In this document: positions 36,870-47,004 of the stretch, piece by piece
Layout of the letters: the number at the start of each line of letters is the position of its first letter
Numbering within the stretch: the first letter of the stretch is position 1
Assembly: GCA_035492775.1 (NCBI GenBank)
Contig: DATJIW010000082.1
Location: 6,473 to 70,472 of the forward strand
Source: Vicinamibacterales bacterium
GTDB lineage: Bacteria; Acidobacteriota; Vicinamibacteria; Vicinamibacterales; 2-12-FULL-66-21
DNA length: 64,000 bases
Reading direction: 5' to 3'
Position numbers and translations under genes: made by a program
Notes under the pieces: generated by a model
What the model saw: only the letters and a program-made list of their open reading frames with translations
Told to the model about the DNA's origin: nothing
Databases searched by the model: none

Positions 36870-38334
36870 GCGCCGGCACGGCACCGATCCGCCAGAGGTG
36901 CATGACGGCGTAGCTTCGCCACGGACGCCAGCGTTCCGACATCGCTTCGGCCTCCCGCGGCGTCACACCGCCGAGACTGTTGCGCACAGCGATGTCTTCC
37001 TTCGGGAACGCGTCCGGCCATCGGATGGCGCGCATGGCGAGGTAGTGGGCCGTCCACGGCCCGATGCCGGGCAACTCCGCGAGACGCGCGATTGCATCGG
37101 CGGGATCGCGGTGGGTTCCCCCGTCCAGAGACAGCTCCCCGGCATCGTATGCTTTCGCAAGTCCGATGATGCTTCGCGCCCGCGATTGAACGACGCCGTG
37201 CCGCGCGATGTCGTCGACGGTTGCATGGGCCATCTGCGCCGCAGTAGGCGTGAGCCGCGTCAGGCCTTCGATCTCCGTAGTCATCGGTTCGCCGAATGCT
37301 TCGACGAGCCGCGAGGCGATCTTCGTCGCGGCCTTGACGGTGACCTGCTGGCCGAGAATTGCCCGCAGCCCGATCTCGAAACCGTCGAACGCCCCTGGGA
37401 CTCGCAGGCCTGCGTTCGCCTTGACCGCCCGCGCGAGCAGGCGATCGCCGGCAAGCCGCGCCGAAATGATGTCCGGCCGCGCGTCGAGATCGAACAGCGC
37501 GCGCAGCCGCGCAAGCAGCGCGGGCAATACAGGCGTCAGCGTATGGGTGAACTCGACGAGCAGCGCGTCCCGCTTCTTTGCCTGCGTCACGCGGATCCAG
37601 CCCTTCGCCGTTCCGAGCCGCACCGTTCTTGCGTATGACCGATCGCTGACCTGCTCGACGCCCGCCAGCGCGCGCGCGGCGAGGAATTCGAGCAGGCTGC
37701 TCCAGTCGTACGGCGGGCGATATGCAAGCTGCAGCGTCGACGTCTCGCCGGTTGCCGCCGCCGGCTCCTCCGCGATGCGCTGACGCAAGCGCGACGGCGG
37801 CATCCGATAGCGGCGGACGAACGCGTCGTTGAACCGGCGCACGCTTGCGAAGCCGCTCGCAAAGGCAATCTCCGTCATCGGGAGCGTCGTCTCCGTCAGC
37901 AGCTGCTTGGCGAGCAGTAGGCGCCGCGTGAGCAGCAGCTGGATCGGCGCGACCCCCAGCTCCCTGCGTACGATGCGTCGGATCTGCCGTGAGCTGAGCT
38001 CGAATTGAGTTGCGACCGCCTCGAGTCCGGCCTCATCGCCCAGTTGCCCGTCTTCGAGTCGCCTGACGATCAGCGACGCAATCCGTTGCGCGTCGTCGAC
38101 CGGTGCGTTCCCCGGCGCCAGCTCGGGGCGGCATCGCAGGCAGGGCCGGAACCCTGCCTGCTCGGCCTGCTGCGCGGTATCGAAGAAACGGCAGTTCACC
38201 GCCTTCGGCGCGCGCACCCGGCAGATCGGGCGGCAGTAGATCCGGGTGGATGTCACCCCGACGAAGAACACGCCGTCGAACCGGACGTCGTGCGCGGCGA
38301 GCGCGTCATGGAAAAGGCGGATATCGAGCGACAT
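36856..38334 (-). CDS. alkA: Ada N-terminal Zn domain / AraC HTH fused to AlkA-type DNA-3-methyladenine glycosylase II
   Basis: ATG at 38334 with GGAGG upstream. FFVGVTSTRIYCRPICRVRAPKAVNCRFFDTAQQAEQAGFRPCLRCRP (Ada Cys4). AraC-type HTH (TEIAFASGFASVRRFNDAFVRRY). HhH-GPD region (LAELPGIGPWTAHYLAMRAI...PDAFP). The upstream 404 codons of the 897 aa ORF are antisense to nadA and are rejected. Confidence 0.8.
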   Translation of the reverse strand: MSLDIRLFHDALAAHDVRFDGVFFVGVTSTRIYCRPICRVRAPKAVNCRFFDTAQQAEQAGFRPCLRCRPELAPGNAPVDDAQRIASLIVRRLEDGQLGDEAGLEAVATQFELSSRQIRRIVRRELGVAPIQLLLTRRLLLAKQLLTETTLPMTEIAFASGFASVRRFNDAFVRRYRMPPSRLRQRIAEEPAAATGETSTLQLAYRPPYDWSSLLEFLAARALAGVEQVSDRSYARTVRLGTAKGWIRVTQAKKRDALLVEFTHTLTPVLPALLARLRALFDLDARPDIISARLAGDRLLARAVKANAGLRVPGAFDGFEIGLRAILGQQVTVKAATKIASRLVEAFGEPMTTEIEGLTRLTPTAAQMAHATVDDIARHGVVQSRARSIIGLAKAYDAGELSLDGGTHRDPADAIARLAELPGIGPWTAHYLAMRAIRWPDAFPKEDIAVRNSLGGVTPREAEAMSERWRPWRSYAVMHLWRIGAVPALTRR

Positions 38335-38339
38335 ACCTC

Positions 38340-38441
38340 CACAATAACCCGGTGGCACGCGCAGGCCTAGCCATTTCCGGACACCGTGTTCCCCCTCCAC
38401 CTGCTGCGCCCGGCCGTTGAATCGTGCCATCATTATTGGAG
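38340..38441 (+). ncRNA. Structured nadA 5' leader; candidate class I NAD+ riboswitch (nadA motif)
   Basis: The position is immediately upstream of nadA. A foldable domain: CAC(38340-42)/GUG(38386-88), CCGG(38349-52)/CCGG(38377-80), UGGC(38353-56)/GCCA(38370-73) with a UUU bulge, and C-rich internal-loop strands ACAAUAACCC and UCCGGACAC. A second C-run (38391-95) lies about 45 nt downstream. GGAG (the SD, 38438-41) can pair with CUCC (38337-40). I do not see an exact match to the conserved ACANCCCC element. Confidence 0.25.
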
Positions 38442-38445
38442 TGAC

Positions 38446-39405
38446 ATGCTGACGACCCAGGGGGCTGCCGAGCTCATAGCCGAGATCCACGAACTCAAGG
38501 CAGAGCGCGGCGCAGCCATACTCGCGCACAACTATCAGCGTCCGGAGATTCAGGACCTCGCCGACGTGGTCGCCGACTCGCTCGCCATGGCAAGGCGCGC
38601 GACGGAACTCGACGCGCCCGTCCTCATGATCTGCGGCGTGCATTTCATGGCGGAGACCGCCGCCATTGCGAACCCGGACAAGACGATTCTGATTCCGGAT
38701 CCGAATGCGGGCTGTTCGCTTGCGTCGACGATCCAGGCGTCCGACGTCAGAGCATGGCGAGCCAGACATCCGAACGGGTTGGTCGTCGCGTACGTCAATA
38801 CGGCGGCGTCGGTGAAGGCCGAAGCGGATTACTGCTGCACGTCCGGCAATGCAGTGGCGGTCGTCCGGTCTCTGCCGCCGGACGTGCCCGTTCTCTTCCT
38901 GCCCGACTTTTTTCTGGGCCAGTACCTTCAGAAGGTCACCGGACGCAAGCTGGACGTCTGGCTTGGCGAGTGCCACGTACACGCCGGTCTCACGTGGGAC
39001 GACCTGGACGCGAAACGGACGGAGATGCCCGACGCGGAGTTCCTCGTACATCCCGAATGCGGATGCGTGACCAGCACGATGTACTACGCGGAGGCCGAGG
39101 GAGATCTCGCGAGCGGACGGATGCAGATCGTCTCGACCGAACAGATGATGCGGCGAGCGGCGCAGTCGAGCGCGAAGCGCTTCGTGGTGGCGACGGAAAC
39201 AGGCGTGCTTCACAGGCTCCGTCGCGAGAATCCCGGCAAGCAGTTCTTCCCAGCGTCGGCGGACGCCGAGTGCCGCTACATGAAGATGATCACGCTCGAG
39301 AACGTCCGCGACGGGCTGCGCGATCTGAGATATCGCGTCACCGTGCCTGAGGAGGTCGCGCGTCGCGCACGACGCGCGATCGATCGGATGCTCGCGATTG
39401 GCTGA
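38446..39405 (+). CDS. nadA: Quinolinate synthase
   Basis: MLTTQGAAELIAEIHELKAERGAAILAHNYQRPEIQDLADVVADSL...VHFMAETA...HPECG is the typical NadA pattern. ATG at 38446 with GGAG upstream. Confidence 0.9.
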   Translation: MLTTQGAAELIAEIHELKAERGAAILAHNYQRPEIQDLADVVADSLAMARRATELDAPVLMICGVHFMAETAAIANPDKTILIPDPNAGCSLASTIQASDVRAWRARHPNGLVVAYVNTAASVKAEADYCCTSGNAVAVVRSLPPDVPVLFLPDFFLGQYLQKVTGRKLDVWLGECHVHAGLTWDDLDAKRTEMPDAEFLVHPECGCVTSTMYYAEAEGDLASGRMQIVSTEQMMRRAAQSSAKRFVVATETGVLHRLRRENPGKQFFPASADAECRYMKMITLENVRDGLRDLRYRVTVPEEVARRARRAIDRMLAIG

Positions 39406-40237
39406 GCCGGTCGGCCTCGACATCGTCAGGCGCGCGCTGGCGGAAGACCACGCAGCCGATGACGTGACGACGCGCCTGCTGGGAGCTGCCGGTCGCGCGC
39501 CGGCGGTCATGGCGTTCATCGTCGAGGAGCGGTGTGTCGTGGCGGGCATTCCGGTGATCGAGACGGTCTATCGCGAGCTCGATCCGGCGGCGACGGTGAC
39601 CGCCAAAACGCCCGAGGGATCGTGGGTCGAGGCGGGCGCGGTGATCGCCCAGGTCCGCGGCGCGGCCTCGTCTCTCGTCACCGGTGAGCGCGTCGCGCTC
39701 AACTTCCTCCAGCGGCTGTGCGGCATCGCGACCCGCACGCGGCACGCCGCGGACGCGGTGACTGGAACACCCGCGCGCATTACGCATACACGAAAGACAA
39801 CGCCGGGTCTGCGAGCGCTGGAAGTCTATGCCGTGCAGACAGGCGGCGGCGTGCTCAACCGGCTGTCCCTGGCGGACGAAGTCTTGTGGAAGGACAACCA
39901 CTGGACGCTCGCGGCGAGAAACGGACTGTCGCTCGCGGACGCGCTGCGCGCCGTCCCGCCAGCCATGAACGTCGTCGTCGAAGTTGAAACCGAAGCGCAG
40001 CTCGCCGAAGCCATCGCGGCGCGCGTTCCGCACCTGCTCGTCGACAATCAGCCACCCGAACGCGTTGCCGAGTGGGCGGCACGCGCGGGCGGCGACGTCA
40101 CCATTCAGGCGTCCGGTGGAATTACGATCGAAACGGCGCGTGCGTATGCCGCGGCCGGAGCGCACCTGCTCGCCATCGGAGCACTCACACATTCCGCCTC
40201 CGCCGTGGCGATTCGCTGCGACATCGTCACCGCCTGA
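39398..40237 (+). CDS. nadC: Nicotinate-nucleotide pyrophosphorylase (quinolinate phosphoribosyltransferase)
   Basis: HTRKTTPGLRALEVYAVQTGGGVLNRLSLADEVLWKDNH and LLVDNQPPE...QASGGIT. The TTG start overlaps the end of nadA. Confidence 0.85.
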   Translation: MAEPVGLDIVRRALAEDHAADDVTTRLLGAAGRAPAVMAFIVEERCVVAGIPVIETVYRELDPAATVTAKTPEGSWVEAGAVIAQVRGAASSLVTGERVALNFLQRLCGIATRTRHAADAVTGTPARITHTRKTTPGLRALEVYAVQTGGGVLNRLSLADEVLWKDNHWTLAARNGLSLADALRAVPPAMNVVVEVETEAQLAEAIAARVPHLLVDNQPPERVAEWAARAGGDVTIQASGGITIETARAYAAAGAHLLAIGALTHSASAVAIRCDIVTA

Positions 40238-40249
40238 CGTTCCAGCGAC

Positions 40250-42103
40250 ATGACAATCTGCAAAAGACTGACAGCTGCGCCGAGTGCGGCGGTCGTTGGA
40301 TTGGCATTGGCGCTGTGCTGGCCGCGCACCCCGGTCAGGGCGCAGGTCACGCCGCGCCAGGGTCATACGTTTGCGCTTGCGGAGGACGCCTTCCTGCTCG
40401 ACGGCCAGCCGTTCCAGATCGTGTCGGGCGAGATGCACCCGGCTCGAATCCCCGTCGAATACTGGCGCCACCGCATTCAGATGGCCAAGGCGATGGGCGT
40501 GAACACGATTGCCATCTACGTCTTCTGGAACTACCACGAGCAGACGGAAGGTGCGTTCGATTTCACCACGGGAAATCGCGATATCGCACGTTTCATACGA
40601 CTGGCGCAGGAGGAGGGCCTCTGGGTCCTGCTTCGTCCGGGGCCGTACGTGTGCGCGGAGTGGGACTTCGGCGGCATTCCACCGTACCTGCTTGCCGACC
40701 CGGAACTGAAGATCCGGAGCACGAATCCGCATTACATGAAGGCCGTCGATCGCTACATCGGAGCCCTCGCGCCGCTCGTCAAGCCACTGCTCGTCGCCAA
40801 TGGCGGTCCGATTCTGATGGTGCAGATTGAAAACGAGTACGGCAGCTACGGAAACGATCGGGCGTATCTCGAGCAGCTGCGCGACATCTGGACGAAGAAC
40901 GGTGTTCGCGGGCCGTTCTATACGGCTGACGGCCCGACGCCTTACATGTTGGAAGCCGGCCGCGTCGAGGGTGCCGCCATCGGGCTGGATTCCGGCACGG
41001 AAGAGAAGGACTGGGATCTCGCGAAATCAATCGCGCCACGCGTGCCGGTGTTCTCCTCGGAAACCTACCCGGGATGGCTGACGCACTGGGGCGAACCATG
41101 GGCGCGGCCCGCGGTTGACGACCTCCTGAAGGAAATGCGGTTCCTGATGGAGGGACGGAAGTCGTTCAACCTCTACGTCGTCCACGGCGGCACGAACTTC
41201 GGATTCACCGCCGGCGCAAACTCCGGCGGGAAGGGCTACGAACCCGACGTTACCAGCTACGACTACGATGCGCCGATCGATGAGCAGGGCCGGGCGACGT
41301 CGAAGTATTCAGCGCTGCGTGCGCTGATCGCGTCGTACCTCCCGCGCGGCGCGGCACTGCCCACGCCACCAGCGCCAATCCCGTCGTCCAGTGTTCCTTC
41401 CTTCGAGCTGCGACCATATGCATCGATCTGGGATCAGCTTCCGGCGCCGGTCGCGGCCGTGCAGCCGGGACCGTTCGAACGCTACGGACAGAATCAGGGT
41501 TTGATGCTGTATCGAACCACTCTCGTCGGCAGGAAGTCGGGACGACTGACGATCACGGAGTTGCACGATTACGCGCTCGTGTTCGTCGACGGCCGTTATA
41601 TCGGCGCGCTCGATCGCCGCCTTGGCGAGAACTCGATCGAGCTGCCGGCGGCGACCGGCGCGTCGCCCGTGCTCGACATCCTCGTCGAAGGGATGGGGCA
41701 CATCAACTTTGGTCCTCAGATGATCGACCGGAAGGGCATCACGGATCGCGTCACGCTGGGCAGCATGACGCTGATGAACTGGCAGGTTTATCCGCTGCCG
41801 GTTTCGGATCCGCCGACCCCCGCAGGCGCATCCGAGCGCGCACCCAATCGACCGGGTGTGTTCTTCCGCGGCACATTCACGATGGCCCGGCCCGCCGACA
41901 CGTTCCTCGATATGACGAACTTCCGCAAGGGTGTCGTCTGGGTGAACGGCCACAATCTCGGTCGGTACTGGGATGTCGGACCGCAGACGCACTTGTATTG
42001 CCCGGCGCCGTGGATCCGCGCGGGGGAGAACGAGGTCATCGCGTTCGACCTGAGCCGAATGGATTCCGCGACGATCAGGGGGACGGCCACACCGGAGCGT
42101 TGA
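40250..42103 (+). CDS. GH35 beta-galactosidase, secreted
   Basis: FLLDGQPFQIVSGEMHPARIPVEYWRHRIQMAKAMGVNTIAIYVFWNYHE...GPYVCAEWDFGGIPPYL...MVQIENEYGSYG. Confidence 0.85.
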   Translation: MTICKRLTAAPSAAVVGLALALCWPRTPVRAQVTPRQGHTFALAEDAFLLDGQPFQIVSGEMHPARIPVEYWRHRIQMAKAMGVNTIAIYVFWNYHEQTEGAFDFTTGNRDIARFIRLAQEEGLWVLLRPGPYVCAEWDFGGIPPYLLADPELKIRSTNPHYMKAVDRYIGALAPLVKPLLVANGGPILMVQIENEYGSYGNDRAYLEQLRDIWTKNGVRGPFYTADGPTPYMLEAGRVEGAAIGLDSGTEEKDWDLAKSIAPRVPVFSSETYPGWLTHWGEPWARPAVDDLLKEMRFLMEGRKSFNLYVVHGGTNFGFTAGANSGGKGYEPDVTSYDYDAPIDEQGRATSKYSALRALIASYLPRGAALPTPPAPIPSSSVPSFELRPYASIWDQLPAPVAAVQPGPFERYGQNQGLMLYRTTLVGRKSGRLTITELHDYALVFVDGRYIGALDRRLGENSIELPAATGASPVLDILVEGMGHINFGPQMIDRKGITDRVTLGSMTLMNWQVYPLPVSDPPTPAGASERAPNRPGVFFRGTFTMARPADTFLDMTNFRKGVVWVNGHNLGRYWDVGPQTHLYCPAPWIRAGENEVIAFDLSRMDSATIRGTATPER

Positions 42104-42196
42104 AAGCGTTCGAGAAATCGATAGTCGCGGCGCTAATCATATTTCACGCGGGAAAGAGATACCCATCCCGGGACGACGCGAACATCCGGTGGTACG

Positions 42197-44236
42197 ATGC
42201 GCGCCATGCGGCGAATGAACGTCCCGGTATTGGTTGCGGTATTGGCGGTCGGTATATCCCGGGAAGCGACGCTCGCGACGGCAAGTCGCCCGCAGGGAGC
42301 TGCCGCCGGCTCCGGAACCGCCCAGGCACGGTCGGCTGCCGGCGCGATCACGCTGTTCAACGCCTCCGTCGGCGCGACGTGGAAGATCGATCGCGGGCGG
42401 CTCGAAGCCGTCTCATTCGAAGACCGGCAGAACGGCCGTACGATTCCCCTGTCGCACGGCGTGTTCTCACTGGCGCTCGAGGGCGGCCGGACGATCGATG
42501 CCGGGCAGATGACCGCCGCGCCAGCAAGAATCGAGGACGTCACCGGCGATGCCGGTGCGTCGCGGCTGGCCGAGCGGCAGTCCGGCAAGAAGGTCACCGT
42601 CACGCTCGAGAATGCGGATCCGGCGCTGCGCGTCACGTGGACAGCCGTCTTGCGGGACGGCTCGAACTATCTGCGGCAGGTCGTCACCCTCCAGGCAGTC
42701 GCCGCCGACGTTCCGGTGCGCGACGTGCTGCTGTTCGACTTCGATCTGCCCGACAGCCGTGTGGTGGGCACCGTGAAGGGGTCGCCCATCGTGTCGGGCA
42801 ACGCGTTCCTGGGCTTCGAGCACCCGCTCTCGGTGAGCGCCGTCAAGGGCACTCACGTGGTGGCATCGCTGCCGCGGGAGCTGCCGCTGCGTGCGGACAG
42901 CCCCGTGACCTACTCGTCAGTCATGGGCGTCGTTCGTCCCGGACAATTGCGGCGCGACTTTCTCCGGTACGTGGAGCGCGAGCGCGCGCATCCTTACCGC
43001 ACGTTCCTGCACTACAACTCGTGGTACGACCTCGGATACTTCAACAAGTACGACGAGGCGGGCGCTCTGGATCGCATCAACAGTTTCGGGCAGCAGTTGC
43101 ACGAGCGCCGCGGCGTCACGCTCGATTCGTTTCTCTTCGACGATGGCTGGGACGATTCGGCGTCGCTGTGGCATTTCCACTCCGGATTCCCCAACGGGTT
43201 CGCGCCGTTGCGCGATGCGGCGGCGAAGTACGGCGCCGCGCCGGGCGTGTGGCTTTCGCCGTGGGGCGGGTACGGCAAGCCGCAGCAGGAGCGGGTGCAG
43301 CACGGCCGCGAAGCCGGCTTCGAAACGAACTCAGGCGGATTCGCCCTGTCTGGGCCGAAATATTTCGAGCGGTTCCGTGAGACGTGCCTCCGGTTGATCA
43401 AGGAAGCCGGCGTGAACCAGTTCAAGATCGATGGTACCGGCAACGTGAACGCGGCAATACCGGGCAGCCGGTTCGACAGCGACTTTGCCGCGGCCATCGC
43501 GCTCATCGCGGACCTGCGGACGGCGAAGCCGGATGTTTACGTCAACCTCACGACCGGCACGTACCCGTCCCCATTCTGGCTGCAGGTCGCGGACTCCATC
43601 TGGCGCGGCGGTGAGGATCACAGCTTCGCCGGCGTCGGGACGTTCCGCCAGCAGTGGATCACGTACCGCGACGCCGATACCTACGCCGGCATCGTGAAGA
43701 AAGGCCCGCTGTTCCCGTTGAATGCACTGATGCTGCACGGCCTGATCTACGCGCGGTTTGCGAAGAACCTCGACACCGATCCGGGCGACGACTTTACGAG
43801 CGAGGTCCGCGACTACTTTGGTACGGGCACCCAGCTGCAGGAGATGTACATCACGCCGTCGCTCCTGACGGCGAAGAACTGGGACGTGCTCGCACAAGCG
43901 GCGAAGTGGTCCCGCGAGAACGCGTCGACGCTCGTCGACACGCATTGGATCGGCGGGGATCCGGCCGCGCTGCAGGTCTACGGATGGGCGGCATGGTCGC
44001 CGGCCAAAGGCATCCTGACGCTGCGCAATCCACGCGACAAACCGCAGACCTTTACCGTCGACGTGCAGGAGGCTTTTGAGCTGCCGTCAAACGCGCCCAA
44101 ACGGTACCGGATGCACAGCCCGTTCGACGCGTCAGCCGCTCCCGTGAATCTTCGCGCGGGCGAGCCCCACACGTTCGAGCTGCGCCCGTTCGAGGTCCTG
44201 ACGCTCGAAAGCGACCCCGTGTCGTCGGTCCGCTGA
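42197..44236 (+). CDS. Secreted glycoside-hydrolase-like protein (TIM-barrel, alpha-galactosidase/melibiase-like)
   Basis: Signal peptide. FLHYNSWYDLGYF...LDSFLFDDGWDD...FKIDGTGN resemble alpha-galactosidase-like barrels. It is adjacent to the GH35 gene. The family is not securely recognised. Confidence 0.45.
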   Translation: MRAMRRMNVPVLVAVLAVGISREATLATASRPQGAAAGSGTAQARSAAGAITLFNASVGATWKIDRGRLEAVSFEDRQNGRTIPLSHGVFSLALEGGRTIDAGQMTAAPARIEDVTGDAGASRLAERQSGKKVTVTLENADPALRVTWTAVLRDGSNYLRQVVTLQAVAADVPVRDVLLFDFDLPDSRVVGTVKGSPIVSGNAFLGFEHPLSVSAVKGTHVVASLPRELPLRADSPVTYSSVMGVVRPGQLRRDFLRYVERERAHPYRTFLHYNSWYDLGYFNKYDEAGALDRINSFGQQLHERRGVTLDSFLFDDGWDDSASLWHFHSGFPNGFAPLRDAAAKYGAAPGVWLSPWGGYGKPQQERVQHGREAGFETNSGGFALSGPKYFERFRETCLRLIKEAGVNQFKIDGTGNVNAAIPGSRFDSDFAAAIALIADLRTAKPDVYVNLTTGTYPSPFWLQVADSIWRGGEDHSFAGVGTFRQQWITYRDADTYAGIVKKGPLFPLNALMLHGLIYARFAKNLDTDPGDDFTSEVRDYFGTGTQLQEMYITPSLLTAKNWDVLAQAAKWSRENASTLVDTHWIGGDPAALQVYGWAAWSPAKGILTLRNPRDKPQTFTVDVQEAFELPSNAPKRYRMHSPFDASAAPVNLRAGEPHTFELRPFEVLTLESDPVSSVR

Positions 44237-44243
44237 GCCGCGA

Positions 44244-46694
44244 CTACTCTGAATGCAGGACGCCTGAGGGTGCGAGCCGCGACGCGCGCCACGCCGGAAT
44301 CATCGTGGCGATGGCCGCGATGGCAGCGACTATCGCGATCGCAGCGGTCAGCATCAGCGGATCAGATGCCCGGATCGCATAAATCTGGCTCGCAACGACC
44401 CGCCCCGACAGATACGCGACGACAAGGCCGATGAGCGTGCCGGCCAGCGCCAGCAGCGCGCCGTGCTGCATCACGAGACGGAACACGCTCCCCGGCGTCG
44501 CTCCGAGCGCGAGCCGTGTCGCCATTTCTCCGCGACGCTGCGACACCGCGTACGCCACCACGCCGTAGATCCCGACCGCGGCGAGCAGGATGGCCACGCC
44601 TCCGAAAATCAGCATCAGCGTCATGCCGAGCTGCTGCCTGCGCAGCGTCCCGGCAACGACTTCCGTTACCTGCTGGATCTCGACGGCGATCTGCGGATCG
44701 AACTGCCGGATCTCCGATCGGATGGCCGACTGGAGCGCCGTCACGTCGTTCAGCGACGTCGAAACCACCATCGTCTGGCGCCGCAGCGGGAACTGATCGA
44801 GCGGCGTATAGAACGCGGGCTCCGGCGTGTCGCTCACCGTCTTCTGCCGGACGTCGTCCACGACGCCCACGACCGTGACCTCGTTGCGGGGATCCGGCGC
44901 CGGGTAGCCGGCGGAGAATTGCAGGCCCAATGGATCGCGGCCGTTCAGGTACCGCGTCACGAACGCGCGGTTGACGATCGCGACCTGTCGCGTATTGGGC
45001 CGATCGTCAGGCCCGAAATCCCGCCCTTCCACCAGGCGTGTGCCGGCTGCGGCGAAATAGCCCTGCCCGACGATCCGCTGGCGGACGCCGATCGGATGGA
45101 CCGGATCGAGGGGCTCGCCGTGGAGCTGCGCGATGAGCGACGCTTCGGTCGTGTTCAACAGCGGGAAGTTCGACGTGGAGCCGACGGCCGTCACCCCCTG
45201 CAACGCGGCCAGACGGTCCTTGAGAGTCTGGCTGGCCGTTCGAACGGCGTCCTGGTTCGGATATTTCGGACCGAGGAACGACACGTCGAAGATCAGGCGC
45301 TTCTCCGGAACGAACCCGAGGTCGACGCTTCGCAGGTTCGCGAATCCCCGTACGAGCCATCCTGCGCCCGCGACCAGCATGATGGCGAGCGCGATTTCGA
45401 CGACGGTCATCACGCTCAGCCAGCGCGCCGTTCCGCGTCCGCCGGTCGTCGAGCGTGTGCTCTCGTTCATGAGCGCCCGCACGTCCGTTCGTGCCAGGCG
45501 GAGCGCCGGAGCGAATCCGACGAGGATGCCGCTCACCACCAACGCCACGAGCGCGAACAGCGCGACGCGCAGATCGAAGGAGACGCCGTCGAGCCGCGGC
45601 AGCTTCGACGCGCCGAGCGACAGGAGCGCGCGAACGCCGGCGTACGCGAGCGCCACGCCAAGCACCGCGCCGGCCGTCGCGAGCACCACGGATTCCGTCA
45701 GGAGCTGACGGACGATCCGCCCCCGCGGCGCGCCAATGGCGACGCGCACCGCCATCTCCCGGGCCCGCGCCGCGCCGCGCGCGAGCAGCAGGTTCGTGAC
45801 GTTCACGCAGGCGAGGAGCAGCAGCAGTCCGGTGGCAGACATCACGATGACGAGGATCGGCCCCAGGTCGCCGACGACCGACGCGACCAGCGGCTTCGTC
45901 ACGTACGCGCGGTTCCGGTCGGCGGCCGGAAACTGCTGGCCGAGGCGCTCCATGATCGGCGCCATTTCCGCGTTCGCGCGTTCGAGTGTCACGCCGGGTT
46001 TCAGCCGCATGTATCCGTCGAAGAAGTGATTGATGTCGTCCTTGTCGAGCTGCTGCGAGAACCAGAAATCACCGCCATGCGGCGTGTCGAAATCACGGGG
46101 CGCCACGCCGGCGATGGTCGTCGCGATCTCGGCGAACCGGATCGGCTTGCCGACGATGGCGGGGTCGGCGTTGAACAGGTCCTGCCACACCCGGTAGGAA
46201 ATGACGACGACCGGCAACGGCCCCGGGGCTGCCGGTTGCGGGGCGTTGGCCTGCCGCGGCGGAGGCGGCAGGAAGTTGTCGTGGGTGAAGCCCCCCAGCG
46301 TCATCGGCAGCCCGAACAGGTCGAAAAATCCTTCGGTGACGCCGTAAATCTTGACGTGCTGCGGCGTGCCGTCGGGATGGATCAGCGTCAGGTCGGCGGC
46401 CTGCATGCCGGCGGCGCGCGAGATCGTCGAAAGCCCGGCGTTCAACGGTGCGACCTCGCCGTTGGAGAGCATGCCCGTCGTCACACGGCCATCGGTCAGC
46501 ATCGTGCGGATGTTATAGAGGTCCTCTGCGTGGGGGTACGGCAGCGGCTTCAGAAGGACAGCGTTCAGCGTGCTGAAGATCGCCGTTGTCGCGCCGATGC
46601 CGAGCGCGAGCGTCGCAATGGCCGCGAGAGGAAAGGCGGGCGCGCGCCGGAAGGTGCGAAGCGCGAACCGGATGTCCTGGAACAGCGTCTCCAT
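44244..46694 (-). CDS. ADOP-family duplicated FtsX/MacB-type ABC permease (no adjacent ATPase)
   Basis: METLFQDIRFALRTFRRAPAFPLAAIATLALGIGATTAIFS N-terminus. Two FtsX-like 4-TM modules, each preceded by a MacB-like periplasmic domain. 816 aa. Confidence 0.85.
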   Translation of the reverse strand: METLFQDIRFALRTFRRAPAFPLAAIATLALGIGATTAIFSTLNAVLLKPLPYPHAEDLYNIRTMLTDGRVTTGMLSNGEVAPLNAGLSTISRAAGMQAADLTLIHPDGTPQHVKIYGVTEGFFDLFGLPMTLGGFTHDNFLPPPPRQANAPQPAAPGPLPVVVISYRVWQDLFNADPAIVGKPIRFAEIATTIAGVAPRDFDTPHGGDFWFSQQLDKDDINHFFDGYMRLKPGVTLERANAEMAPIMERLGQQFPAADRNRAYVTKPLVASVVGDLGPILVIVMSATGLLLLLACVNVTNLLLARGAARAREMAVRVAIGAPRGRIVRQLLTESVVLATAGAVLGVALAYAGVRALLSLGASKLPRLDGVSFDLRVALFALVALVVSGILVGFAPALRLARTDVRALMNESTRSTTGGRGTARWLSVMTVVEIALAIMLVAGAGWLVRGFANLRSVDLGFVPEKRLIFDVSFLGPKYPNQDAVRTASQTLKDRLAALQGVTAVGSTSNFPLLNTTEASLIAQLHGEPLDPVHPIGVRQRIVGQGYFAAAGTRLVEGRDFGPDDRPNTRQVAIVNRAFVTRYLNGRDPLGLQFSAGYPAPDPRNEVTVVGVVDDVRQKTVSDTPEPAFYTPLDQFPLRRQTMVVSTSLNDVTALQSAIRSEIRQFDPQIAVEIQQVTEVVAGTLRRQQLGMTLMLIFGGVAILLAAVGIYGVVAYAVSQRRGEMATRLALGATPGSVFRLVMQHGALLALAGTLIGLVVAYLSGRVVASQIYAIRASDPLMLTAAIAIVAAIAAIATMIPAWRASRLAPSGVLHSE

Positions 46695-46719
46695 CGAATT
46701 CTCCTTGCGTGCTGAGTCT

Positions 46720-47004
46720 TCAGTGCGATGTGGTGCGAGGCAGACAATGCGCGCATGGCGTGTAGCCGTCCGCGATCGCCTGAGATCCTGATTCGGCTCG
46801 AGCCGGCCCGTGCACGTACGTGCAGCCGGCCCTGTGAAACAACTTGCCCTCCGCCGTCACGACAACCACCGCCGGCGCCGACGATGCCGGTTCGCTGTGC
46901 AGCGATCGCAGGTGCGTTGGAGACGAGATCGCGCTCGAGGCCATCCATGCGGCGAACAGCGCCACCGCGGTGCCCGTTGACCACACCCAGACCGCGCGCG
47001 TCAT
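46720..47004 (-). CDS. Small membrane-anchored Cys-motif protein (hypothetical)
   Basis: 94 aa. N-terminal TM, then GKLFHRAGCTYVHG...GYTPCAHC. Its start overlaps the stop of the cytochrome b gene (ATGA at 47001-47004). Confidence 0.4.
   Translation of the reverse strand: MTRAVWVWSTGTAVALFAAWMASSAISSPTHLRSLHSEPASSAPAVVVVTAEGKLFHRAGCTYVHGPARAESGSQAIADGYTPCAHCLPRTTSH

Noticed and set aside
38335-39549. N-terminal 404 codons of the 897 aa minus-strand ORF (would enlarge the Ada-AlkA fusion)
   Set aside because: It is antisense to nadA, whose identity is certain. The Ada Zn-finger begins right after the RBS-supported ATG at 38334.
44463-46715. 750 aa plus-strand ORF
   Set aside because: It is antisense to the ADOP permease, which has clear FtsX/MacB features. 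The translation is Arg/His/Asp-rich with no TM or motif content.
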